64,000 nucleotides of DNA from Candidatus Saccharimonadales bacterium (GCA_041737385.1 JBGSRU010000009.1:71015-135014), one strand, 5' to 3'. Counted from the stretch's first letter, positions 35,807 through 44,294 are shown. The notes: generated from the letters alone by a model not told the origin. Made by a program: numbers and translations.

Positions 35807-37471
35807 ATGAAAGATCAAGCAATAGCTTTGTGCAGAGTTTCAACTCCTGAACAAAAACTTAGTAATAGCTTAAATAGACAAGCCCAGTCAGTTATTGAAG
35901 CGGCAAAAAAGTTAAATGTCAAAATCATAGATACTTTTTCTGGAGATGCTTCAAGCAAAGTTGGCAAGAACTTTAATCGGCCAGACTTAGTCAAGGCTTA
36001 TTCAATAGCAAAAGCTAATAAAAGAGTAGGCTATTTGATTGTTGATGAAGTTGATAGATTTATGCGTAGTACAGAAGAAATGTTTTACTGGATTACGAGA
36101 CTAAAATATGAGCTCGGAGTAAAAGTATATTTTGCATCAAATCCAGAATTAAATTTTGATACTGCACAGTCGAGACTAATGCTTTCTCTCGACGGATTTA
36201 AAGCAGAAGGAAGTAATGAAGAGAGACAAAAGAAATCAATCAATGGTCATGTTCAGGCTATTAAGGAAGGACGTTATACTTTTCCACCTAAAACTGGTTA
36301 TAGAAAAGGAGAAAGAGCTGGAATTCATGTTAGGGATCCTGAGACGTTCACATACTTTCAAGTAGCTTTAAAAGAGATCATAGCTGGCGTCTATAATCCC
36401 ACAGAAGCACTTAACCGTTTAATGAAAACAAACTTCGGAAATATTTATAAAAGATTTGAAATGGACAAGTTCAGAAGATTTGCTACAGATCCTTATTATG
36501 CAGGTATCGTAGAAATCAATAAGCAAGTAATTGCTCGCAATGAAAACGGACTGCATGAAAAAATGATCACAATTGATGAACACGAACAGTTAAAAGCAAT
36601 ATTCAACGGGACCTATAAATCAAGAGGAAAGGCAAAGCATTACAATCCTGAATTTCCAATGAGCAAGATACTAGAGTGTTCGGAGTGCGGTGGAAAGTTT
36701 ACAGGTGCTAAGAAAAATAATGGGGTCAGAACCAATAGTGGAAACCTTAGAAAAAAAATAAATTACTACTTTAAATATAGATGTAGAGATTGTAAGAAAG
36801 AGTATCACCGTGATGAAGTCCATCACTCAATATCACAGCACCTGGATGGTATAGAGCCTCTAAATGAACTAGAAAGCTTTAAGGAAGCATTGGAAACTGT
36901 GTGGAGACAAAAGAATGGAGATAAGTTGAAACAAGTTTTAGGCTTAAAGAATCAGTTGAATCTACTTCAAGAAAAAAAGTCAAATTTAGTCATGTCAATA
37001 AGTTCAACACCTGATGATTTAAAGTCAGATATACATGAAGCGATCACTATTATTAAACAGCAGATACTTGATAAGAGTACAGAAATCGAGAACTCAAAGC
37101 CACTTACTGAAGAGATGAAAAACTTCATAGAGTATGGAATGAATTATACTAAAAATCTAAAAGAAGATTACTGGCAACTAGATTATGACGAACGTAAAAG
37201 GTGTCAACAATTATTGTTTAAAGGCGAATTATATATAAATTCTATGAAAAAAGTTGACACCCCGAAATTGAGTAGCTTTTACAGATACAAAATACAAAAG
37301 ACCAGTCCTAAAACTGGTCAAAATGTCTCTATGGTGGAGCTGGCGAGGTTCCGCCCCTCGCGTCCATTAGTGAACTCATTGGATGACTACAAGCTTATTT
37401 CGTTTAGCTGTCTTAGGTCGCAAAACTCTAAACGAACAAAATGTTATACGACAGCAACCTTGAAATCTTAG
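35807..37471 (+). CDS. large serine recombinase (integrase)
   Basis: Resolvase-type N-terminus (AIALCRVSTPEQ...VDRFMRS), recombinase domain, zinc ribbon (CSECGGKF...YRCRDCKK) and coiled coil. The last 140 nt are antisense to the tmRNA gene. Confidence 0.9.
   Translation: MKDQAIALCRVSTPEQKLSNSLNRQAQSVIEAAKKLNVKIIDTFSGDASSKVGKNFNRPDLVKAYSIAKANKRVGYLIVDEVDRFMRSTEEMFYWITRLKYELGVKVYFASNPELNFDTAQSRLMLSLDGFKAEGSNEERQKKSINGHVQAIKEGRYTFPPKTGYRKGERAGIHVRDPETFTYFQVALKEIIAGVYNPTEALNRLMKTNFGNIYKRFEMDKFRRFATDPYYAGIVEINKQVIARNENGLHEKMITIDEHEQLKAIFNGTYKSRGKAKHYNPEFPMSKILECSECGGKFTGAKKNNGVRTNSGNLRKKINYYFKYRCRDCKKEYHRDEVHHSISQHLDGIEPLNELESFKEALETVWRQKNGDKLKQVLGLKNQLNLLQEKKSNLVMSISSTPDDLKSDIHEAITIIKQQILDKSTEIENSKPLTEEMKNFIEYGMNYTKNLKEDYWQLDYDERKRCQQLLFKGELYINSMKKVDTPKLSSFYRYKIQKTSPKTGQNVSMVELARFRPSRPLVNSLDDYKLISFSCLRSQNSKRTKCYTTATLKS
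37300..37319 (-). terminator. intrinsic terminator for the tmRNA gene, embedded antisense inside the integrase ORF
   Basis: Downstream of the tmRNA CCA, the minus strand reads ...GACCAGT-TTTAGG-ACTGGTC followed by TTTTGTATTTTG. Confidence 0.55.
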
Positions 37472-37747
37472 ACCTCGTCCTAAGGTGGCGGACTTTGGTA
37501 GCAATCAGATGATATAAGACTCTGCTCTGTATCTGATGTCCAGAACAATGAGTCGCAAACTTAAATTAAGCTGCTAGTGCGAATTGCTCGTCACTTACTT
37601 TGAAGGGGTTTAGGCCTTGTAGGTAAGCGATAGCTGAATCGCTATCAAAAGATTTTGCATCTATTGTTTAATCCGACTAACGTGCAGATAAACCCGGCTT
37701 GCCATTCCAACTTGTTAAATCTAATGTCGAGCTTAAAATTCAGCCCC
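37332..37747 (-). ncRNA. ssrA: tmRNA (SsrA)
   Basis: The minus strand starts GGGGCTGAA and ends GGACGCGAGGGGCGGAACCTCGCCAGCTCCACCA, close to the E. coli ssrA 3' end ...GGACGCGGGTTCAACTCCCGCCAGCTCCACCA. The acceptor stem has the G3:U wobble. An internal reading frame (37566-37658) encodes AKSFDSDSAIAYLQGLNPFKVSDEQFALAA then a stop. Confidence 0.9.
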
Positions 37748-37794
37748 GTATGTACTTAGAGTTTATTAATCTCTAGTCTGCAAACAACTATTGA

Positions 37795-38052
37795 TTGCAG
37801 GAATATGATTATAGCACAAAGCTCAAGCTTTATCAACTAGCAGTTGTTTTGCGGTATACTAACTGCACAATGATTAACGACAATGATAGTTCTATAAACA
37901 GTACTTGCGAAGAGAAAATGTCTTTTGATACGAGCAAACAAGCTGAAGACGCAGCTCGGGTGGCTGCTCATCAGAGAGGATCTAAATTAAAAGTATATAG
38001 ATGCCGACAGTGTTCTTTGTGGCATCTATCAAGTAAGTATGGTGAAGAATAG
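37795..38052 (+). CDS. small zinc-ribbon-like protein (start uncertain)
   Basis: The C-terminal ...KLKVYRCRQCSLWHLS... holds a CxxC pair. The track start is a TTG; in-frame ATGs lie at 37870 and 37918. It sits between the tmRNA and tRNA-Phe. Confidence 0.3.
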   Translation: MQEYDYSTKLKLYQLAVVLRYTNCTMINDNDSSINSTCEEKMSFDTSKQAEDAARVAAHQRGSKLKVYRCRQCSLWHLSSKYGEE

Positions 38053-38062
38053 GAAGTGCGCT

Positions 38063-38242
38063 TGGCTCCTCCCAGAAAAAAGCTACATAACAAATCAGTG
38101 CGCCGAAAATGGTTCGGGCAACTGACTTGTTATCGACTGGGCGCTTTCAGCGCTATCCCAGTTCGAGTCACTGACGATGTCAGTCCAAAGAAAAAGCCCC
38201 ATGATGGATCATGAGACTATTTCTTTGGTGGCTCCTCCCAGA
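38063..38242. repeat. 14-bp direct repeat of the tRNA-Phe 3' acceptor/T-stem sequence flanking a 152-bp hairpin-rich spacer
   Basis: TGGCTCCTCCCAGA occurs at 38063-38076 and at 38229-38242, the latter inside the tRNA. Confidence 0.75.
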
Positions 38243-38301
38243 CTCGAACTGGGGACACACGGAGCTTCAATCCGATGCTCTACCAACTGAGCTAAAGAGC
38301 C
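38226..38301 (-). tRNA. tRNA-Phe (anticodon GAA), CCA encoded
   Basis: Reverse complement: GGCTCTT-TA-GCTCAGTTGGTAGAGC-A-TCGGA-TTGAAGC-TCCGT-GTGTC-CCCAG-TTCGAGT-CTGGG-AGGAGCC-ACCA. Confidence 0.9.
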
Positions 38302-38507
38302 ACGTTTTTCCTGGTGTGTAGGTGCTATTTTAACAGATGTGTGGTATAGTTACTAGTATAGTAGCAAGCAAAATTTATAAGGTTCTAATTATGGCAAAAC
38401 GACGAAACATGCATAATGCATCACGCAAAAGACTCGCAAAGAAAAAAGCGAAGCAGAAATAGCACTATATTTCTAATTATCTAAGGGTAGAAGATATACT
38501 TAAAAGT

Positions 38508-39656
38508 ATGAAGAATAAAAATAGAGGTTCTGTTTTTCAAAAAAAAGCAGCTCAGTTACTGGAGCGTGCAGATATCACTATTAACGGTGATAAGCCGTGG
38601 GACATCACGGTAATTGATAAAAATATATATCCTGACGTCTTCTTAAAAGGCTCTTTGGGTTTCGGTGATGGTTACGCTGCTGGAAAATGGGAGTGTGATC
38701 AACTCGATGTGTTTTTCCAGAAATTATTAACTGCTAAAATCGCGAGTGTTCCAAGCGTTGTAGGATTTCTCGGCCGACTACGAGATAGGCTGATCAACAC
38801 GCAATCTGGGCATAGAGCTTTCCAAGTTGGGCAGAAACACTACGATCTTGGAAACCAGATGTATGAATTTATGCTCGGCAATAGCATGGGCTATAGCAGT
38901 GGTATGTTTCTCAAAGACAGTGATACACTGACTGAAGCTCAGTACAATAAGTTTGATGCTTTGTGTAAGAAGCTACAGTTAGAAAAAGGAATGAAGGTTC
39001 TAGAAATTGGTTCTGGTTGGGGGACATTCGCCCAACATGCAGCAAAAAACTACGGAGTTGAAGTAGTAGGGTTAACCGTTTCTGAAGAGCAGAAAAATTT
39101 TGCAGGGGAGCGTTGTAGCGGTCTGCCTGTAGAATTTTTGCTTCTTGATTATCAAAAAATGGATGAAAGCCATACAAAAAAATACGACCGCGTAGTATCT
39201 ATTGAAATGATTGAAGCAGTCGGCAAGAAAAACTTTAAAAAGTATTTTGAGATTGTCGCGAGAGTTATGAAAGATGATGGGCTATTTGGAATGCAAGCCA
39301 TAATTGGCACTGGTGATGTCGATCCGTTCCTTTCAACGCGCATTTTCCCAAATGGATTAGTCCCTTCTATTGAGTATATCGCAGCTTATAGTGAGGGGAC
39401 TTTACGAATTAAAAAGTGGGCTTCATTTGGAAAAGATTACGATAAGACGTTAATGGCTTGGGACGAGAACTTCAGAAAGCACTGGTCTGAAATTAAAAAT
39501 ATTGTCGATACAAATGGTAAAAAAATGTATGATGATAATTTTTATAGAATGTGGCGTTATTATCTTCTTTGTTGTGCTGGTTCTTTCCGTGCAGGTCATA
39601 ATGATGTCGCTCAAATAGTCATGTCAAAACTCAACGGGCTATCTCCACTTAGATAA
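38508..39656 (+). CDS. cfa: cyclopropane-fatty-acyl-phospholipid synthase family SAM-dependent methyltransferase
   Basis: HYDLGN..Y, SAM motif VLEIGSGWG, ...SIEMIEAVG... and the C-terminal ...WRYYLLCCAGSFR... are typical of the CFA synthase family. Confidence 0.88.
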   Translation: MKNKNRGSVFQKKAAQLLERADITINGDKPWDITVIDKNIYPDVFLKGSLGFGDGYAAGKWECDQLDVFFQKLLTAKIASVPSVVGFLGRLRDRLINTQSGHRAFQVGQKHYDLGNQMYEFMLGNSMGYSSGMFLKDSDTLTEAQYNKFDALCKKLQLEKGMKVLEIGSGWGTFAQHAAKNYGVEVVGLTVSEEQKNFAGERCSGLPVEFLLLDYQKMDESHTKKYDRVVSIEMIEAVGKKNFKKYFEIVARVMKDDGLFGMQAIIGTGDVDPFLSTRIFPNGLVPSIEYIAAYSEGTLRIKKWASFGKDYDKTLMAWDENFRKHWSEIKNIVDTNGKKMYDDNFYRMWRYYLLCCAGSFRAGHNDVAQIVMSKLNGLSPLR

Positions 39657-39671
39657 GGTTTAGCATCTTTC

Positions 39672-40457
39672 TTATTTCTTAAAACTTGTTTCGTTACTTG
39701 TGTAATTCTTCGTTCTACTTTTTAGAGTTAGTCTAACTCTTTTGGAGATTAGTCGTACTGCCTGCCAATGTATACGCGCAACTACTCTTATTGTCATGAA
39801 TGGATATGAAAAAACTGCCTGCAAGATTTTGACAGATGATATAGTAGAAATCTCCCCCCCCATGAACGTGTTCAAGATCTGTCGTTTGTCGTCAAAATAG
39901 TTAATAACAGATTTGAATTGTTCTCCGTCGTACAAGAACGTAAATTCGTAGTGTCCTTCAACCTTATTGAAAGGTGAGACGTAGAGGTTCTTTTTAGATG
40001 AGAGAACGTCAGCAGGCTTAATAACTGACATATCAGATTTTGCGAGTAGATAGTTGTGAGACTGCTTAAAAGTGTTGCGAACTTCACACATAACTGCGCG
40101 GAGCTGCTTCTTTTCGTCTTGGACGAGCCAATAAGAGATTGGGTTGAAAGCGTAGCCCAGTAGCCGCGGATGAGCTATGAGCTCAATCGTGTAGTTTTCG
40201 TTGTATGATATTTTTGCTTTTTCTAGTTCTTTCGTAATATACGTGTACCAAGAGATGTTCTTATCCTTAGCGCCGTGATCTTTGGTGTAGTGTGACAATA
40301 CGTTGAATCTGTCTTCAGATAGTAGTAGTGGCGTTTTGTCGCTCATATCTTTTTTTATAGTCGTTCTCGTGTAAAAAACATTATACAAAAACAAATTTTT
40401 CTTCGGCCACAACCTCGCATGGCCAACTTTAGCCTTTAGAAAGCTTATTTCTGCCAT
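39672..40457 (-). CDS. DUF1365 family protein
   Basis: The N-terminus ...VGHARLWPKKN.F.Y.VFY... and ...GYAFNPISYW... match the DUF1365 pattern. It has the usual partnership with cfa and an amine-oxidase-like flavoprotein. Confidence 0.7.
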   Translation of the reverse strand: MAEISFLKAKVGHARLWPKKNLFLYNVFYTRTTIKKDMSDKTPLLLSEDRFNVLSHYTKDHGAKDKNISWYTYITKELEKAKISYNENYTIELIAHPRLLGYAFNPISYWLVQDEKKQLRAVMCEVRNTFKQSHNYLLAKSDMSVIKPADVLSSKKNLYVSPFNKVEGHYEFTFLYDGEQFKSVINYFDDKRQILNTFMGGEISTISSVKILQAVFSYPFMTIRVVARIHWQAVRLISKRVRLTLKSRTKNYTSNETSFKK

Positions 40458-41710
40458 GTTGGGTGCACCCCTAATTTTGAGACTGCTTTAATTGCTGAAA
40501 ATACACCATCTTCATGAAATCCATATCCCAAGTATGCGCCAGCATAAAGTGTGTGGTTCTCTCCTTGTATAGATTGAATGAGTTCTTGGCCTTTCAGTGA
40601 TTTTAGCGTGTATTCTGGATGCTCGTATGTTTCTGTGTGATAGATCATTGACTCTGGTATTTTAATGGTTGGATTCAGCGTCACAAGCACAGGAGTTGCG
40701 TTCGGTATGTGTTGAAGTATGTTCATAGAGTACGTGAAGACTGCACGTGAGCCGTCGAGGTTACTTTTTTGAGTGTAGTTCCAAGCGCCAACAAGACGTT
40801 TGTTTTTTGGTAGTACACTTGTATCTTTGTGAAGAACGGTCTGATTTTTACTAAATTTGAACATACCAAGCGCTGCTTTTTCTACAGTTGTGGCATCTTT
40901 TAGCAGCTTTAAGCTAGTATCGGCGTGCGTTGCTAGTAAAACGTAATCGTACGATCTTGTGCCTGAATCTGTTTTTATGGAGACTCCATCTTCTGTTCTT
41001 GTAATAGCGATAATTTTTTGTGAAAGTAATATTTTTCCATTATTTTCTTCAATTGATTTTCTTATTTTTTCAACGTACTGAATTGAGCCGCCAACAATTG
41101 TTTTCCATTGAGGCTGTGTATTACTTAATAATCGGTGATTGTTTAAAAACGTAAAGGTAGCCAGCGCAGGGAAGTCACTTATTTTTGAAGTTTCCTTCAT
41201 GGACCAAATTGCTGAGAGCATAGGGAACAAAAACCAGTCTGCAAGATCAGTACTTATGTTGTGCTTACGTAAAAACTGGCCGAGTGATTCTGTATTTTGT
41301 GGGTTTTTTTGTAGCTCAGCTTTTGCTAACTTCCTAAATCGTACTATCTCTTTCAAAAACTTCAGATACCTTAAGTTAAAAATATTGGATCTTTTAGCAA
41401 AAATTCCGTTAGGGAAGCTACCATTAAAATCCACACTCTTTGGGATTTGAACGCCAAAAGACATCTTCGTGTTTGTCGTCTCTACTTCAAGTTGCTTTAA
41501 GAGAGCAATGAAGTTCGGGTACTGCTTCGGGTTGAACACCATAAAACCGTTATCTACAGCGATTTTTTTGCCATTCTCCTTGATGATATTTGTGTGAGCA
41601 TGACCGCCAATTCGGGTGTCCTTTTCGTATAGTACAACGTCATGTTGAGGCGCAAGTAAATAGGCACTTGTTAGTCCTGCTACGCCACTACCGATAATCG
41701 CAATCTTCAT
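40445..41710 (-). CDS. FAD/NAD(P)-binding amine-oxidase-like oxidoreductase
   Basis: The dinucleotide-binding N-terminus is MKIAIIGSGVAGLTSAY...YEKD.RIGGH. ATG at 41710 is preferred. Confidence 0.85.
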   Translation of the reverse strand: MKIAIIGSGVAGLTSAYLLAPQHDVVLYEKDTRIGGHAHTNIIKENGKKIAVDNGFMVFNPKQYPNFIALLKQLEVETTNTKMSFGVQIPKSVDFNGSFPNGIFAKRSNIFNLRYLKFLKEIVRFRKLAKAELQKNPQNTESLGQFLRKHNISTDLADWFLFPMLSAIWSMKETSKISDFPALATFTFLNNHRLLSNTQPQWKTIVGGSIQYVEKIRKSIEENNGKILLSQKIIAITRTEDGVSIKTDSGTRSYDYVLLATHADTSLKLLKDATTVEKAALGMFKFSKNQTVLHKDTSVLPKNKRLVGAWNYTQKSNLDGSRAVFTYSMNILQHIPNATPVLVTLNPTIKIPESMIYHTETYEHPEYTLKSLKGQELIQSIQGENHTLYAGAYLGYGFHEDGVFSAIKAVSKLGVHPTWQK

Positions 41711-41764
41711 ATCTATTAATAATATCAAGTTATGCTAGATTTATTGGATTGTTTATTAGCCAAC

Positions 41765-43972
41765 TTATAATTCTACTTTTCTAAGTAGCTGAGCATTAGC
41801 AGCAACAATTATCGTTGATAGAGACATGACTGCTGCGCCAACGGCAGGTGACAAAACAAATCCAGTGAATGCTAATGCACCACCAGCCAATGGAACGGCA
41901 AACAAGTTGTAGCCTGCTGCCCAAAAGAGGTTCTGCATCATTTTAGCGTAAGTTTTCTTAGAGAGTTTGACTATTTTGCTGACGCCGCGCGGATCACTAC
42001 TAGCGAGTACTATACCTGCTGATTCAATCGCAACGTCTGTTCCTGCCCCGATAGCGATGCCAATATCTGCTTGCGTTAATGCAGGCGCATCGTTGACGCC
42101 GTCACCAACCATGGCAACTTTTGAGCCATCTTTTTGTAATTTTTTAACCACGTCTGATTTATCCCCTGGAAGTACTTCTGCGTAGTATTCATTAAGCCCA
42201 AGTTCTTTAGATACCCAACTCGCCACGCCTTCAGAGTCACCAGTAAGCATAGCCACACGCTTACCAGATTTTTGTAATTCTTTTACCGCTTTTTTGGATT
42301 CAGGACGAATCACATCGGCTATCATGAATCCACCGATTACTGTTTTGTCTTCGATGAGGTAGATAATACTATGACCATTTTTGTGTGCTAAGTCACTGGC
42401 TTTGGTGTACTTCTCATTCAGTTTTACTTTTTGTTCTTTAAGCATCTGCGGACCACCAACGTAGTAAGTTTTTTTATTGACCGTTGCTTTGGCGCCGCGT
42501 CCTTCAAGCGCACTAAAACCGCTAGAAACTGCAGCTTTGATTTTGCTTTCATTCGCTTTCTGGACAATAGCTTTTGCAATCGGGTGTTCTGATTCAGATT
42601 CAACTGCTGCGGCTACTGACAACAATAATTCTTTATTATCAGTAATAATATCGACGACACCTTGCTGGCCTTTTGTGAGCGTGCCTGTCTTATCAAACAG
42701 TACTATGTCTATGTTGCGGGCTGACTCTAAGGCTGAACGTTCACGAACTAGCAGTCCTACACTGGCGCCTTTACTGGTCGATATTGCGGTAACAAGCGGT
42801 ATTGCTAGACCCAAGGCGTGAGGGCAGGCGATAATTAGTACGGCGACTATTCTTTCTAATATGTAGTTAGAATCTGCATTTCCAAAAAATGTCCAAGCTA
42901 TAGCGGTTATAATCGCCGCTGCTATCGCGTAATAAAACAAGTATTTAGATGCGGTATCTGCGAGTAGCTCAGTTCTAGACTTGCTGGACTGAGCATCAGA
43001 GACTAATTTCATAATGCCTGACAAGGCTGTATCGTCGCCAGTTTTCGTGACCTTAACCGTAAGCGATCCACTTGCGTTAATTGTACCGGCTATGACGTTG
43101 CTTCCAGGTTTTTTGGCCACCGCTTTTGACTCACCAGTTAGGAGTGACTCATCAACTTTTGATTCACCTTTCACAACTTCTCCATCCGTTGGAATTGATG
43201 AGCCAGGGCGCACAAGTACTTTGTCGCCAACTCTAAGCTCGGCAACAGATACGGTTTTTGTACCGCTCTTTATGATGAGTTCTGCTTCATCGGGTAGAAG
43301 TTTGGCAAGTTCTTTCAGCGCACCTTGAGCGTTCGATATTGAAGCCATTTCCAGCCAGTGTCCAAGCAACATGATGGTGATTAACGTTGCTAATTCCCAC
43401 CAGAAACTCATACCATCGACCACTTTGAGCGTTATGAGTGAGCTATATACAAACGCAACGGAAATGGCCATAGAAATAAGCGTCATCATACCAGGCGTTC
43501 TGTTGGCTAACTCAGCGCGACCACTGCGCAAGAAAACAAGTCCACCGTACAGGAATATAATCACCCCAAAGAAAGCAGGGATGTAGCTACTGCCTGTGAA
43601 GTTTACGCCTTCAAAGCCTAGTAGCATTCTGATAGTCTCGGAAAAATAGAGCACTGGCAATGTCATAGCCAAGGATGCCCAAAACTTCGTACGGAATATA
43701 TTTGAATTATGACCTTCGTGTTTATCGTGCGTCGCATGGTCAGTATGATTTATATCTACAGTTTTCTTTTCCAGTGCCATGTGGCAGTGCGGACAATCGC
43801 CGCGTTCATCTTTCATGACGTCTGGGTGCATCGGGCAGGTATAGACTACTTTTTTAGCGTCGACAGTCTTCTTCTCTAATGCCATATGGCATTCAGGACA
43901 GTTTCCTTTTTCTTCCCTTATAATTTTAGGATGCATCGGGCAGGTGTATATAGTTTTCTTGTCTTTACTCAT
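41765..43972 (-). CDS. copper-translocating P1B-type ATPase (CPH-motif, CopB-like) with two N-terminal YTCPMHP...CPxC metal-binding modules
   Basis: Tandem YTCPMHPKI...CPECHMAL and YTCPMHPDV...CPHCHMAL modules, His-rich linker, TGES, transmembrane CPH (IIACPHALGLA), DKTGTLT and GDGVNDAP. Confidence 0.9.
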   Translation of the reverse strand: MSKDKKTIYTCPMHPKIIREEKGNCPECHMALEKKTVDAKKVVYTCPMHPDVMKDERGDCPHCHMALEKKTVDINHTDHATHDKHEGHNSNIFRTKFWASLAMTLPVLYFSETIRMLLGFEGVNFTGSSYIPAFFGVIIFLYGGLVFLRSGRAELANRTPGMMTLISMAISVAFVYSSLITLKVVDGMSFWWELATLITIMLLGHWLEMASISNAQGALKELAKLLPDEAELIIKSGTKTVSVAELRVGDKVLVRPGSSIPTDGEVVKGESKVDESLLTGESKAVAKKPGSNVIAGTINASGSLTVKVTKTGDDTALSGIMKLVSDAQSSKSRTELLADTASKYLFYYAIAAAIITAIAWTFFGNADSNYILERIVAVLIIACPHALGLAIPLVTAISTSKGASVGLLVRERSALESARNIDIVLFDKTGTLTKGQQGVVDIITDNKELLLSVAAAVESESEHPIAKAIVQKANESKIKAAVSSGFSALEGRGAKATVNKKTYYVGGPQMLKEQKVKLNEKYTKASDLAHKNGHSIIYLIEDKTVIGGFMIADVIRPESKKAVKELQKSGKRVAMLTGDSEGVASWVSKELGLNEYYAEVLPGDKSDVVKKLQKDGSKVAMVGDGVNDAPALTQADIGIAIGAGTDVAIESAGIVLASSDPRGVSKIVKLSKKTYAKMMQNLFWAAGYNLFAVPLAGGALAFTGFVLSPAVGAAVMSLSTIIVAANAQLLRKVEL

Positions 43973-44256
43973 GAGTTACCCTTTACATTAGAGAGTTGAT
44001 ATAAATCTAAAAGTTCTGCTATGAGCGTGTCTTGGTCTGCATCGCTGTTTGTCTTCATGCCGTTTTTGACGTGAGTTTTTAGGTGGTTCTCGAGAATCAA
44101 TTTGTTAAGTGACTTCAGTGATTGCTGGATAGCAAGGCTTTGGGTCATTATATCTATGCAGTATTTTTCTTCGTCAATAGCTTTAACGAGACCATTAAAC
44201 TGTCCTTGAATGATCTTTGAGCGGTGCGACGCACGCTTTTTAATTTCTGAAATCAT
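43969..44256 (-). CDS. csoR: CsoR/RcnR family metal-sensing repressor
   Basis: 95 aa, all-helical, with ...RSKIIQGQFNGLVKAI...YCIDIMTQSLAIQQSL...HLKTHV. It overlaps the ATPase start. Confidence 0.85.
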   Translation of the reverse strand: MISEIKKRASHRSKIIQGQFNGLVKAIDEEKYCIDIMTQSLAIQQSLKSLNKLILENHLKTHVKNGMKTNSDADQDTLIAELLDLYQLSNVKGNS

Positions 44257-44279
44257 AGTTCCTCCATATATTCAGTATA

Positions 44280-44294
44280 TACCCCCTAGGGGTA
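44280..44294. promoter_or_regulatory. candidate CsoR operator
   Basis: Inverted repeat TACCCC-CTA-GGGGTA lies 24 nt upstream of the csoR start. It resembles known GC-rich TACCC...GGGTA CsoR boxes. Confidence 0.5.

Larger units (their letters stand above)
34126..37340. mobile_element. ~3.2 kb serine-recombinase mini-island inserted at the 3' end of the tmRNA gene
   Basis: TGGTGGAGC (reverse complement of the tmRNA terminus GCTCCACCA) occurs at 37332-37340 and again at 34126-34134. The left copy is followed outward by an intrinsic terminator. The interval contains an XRE regulator, a secreted protein and the integrase. Confidence 0.5.

Noticed and set aside
38391-38462. 23-codon very basic ORF (MAKRRNMHNASRKRLAKKKAKQK) between tRNA-Phe and cfa, considered as a missed small ribosomal protein.
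   Set aside because: It does not match any ribosomal protein sequence I can recall (L34, L36, S21 or Thx), and it is too short to support without conservation data.
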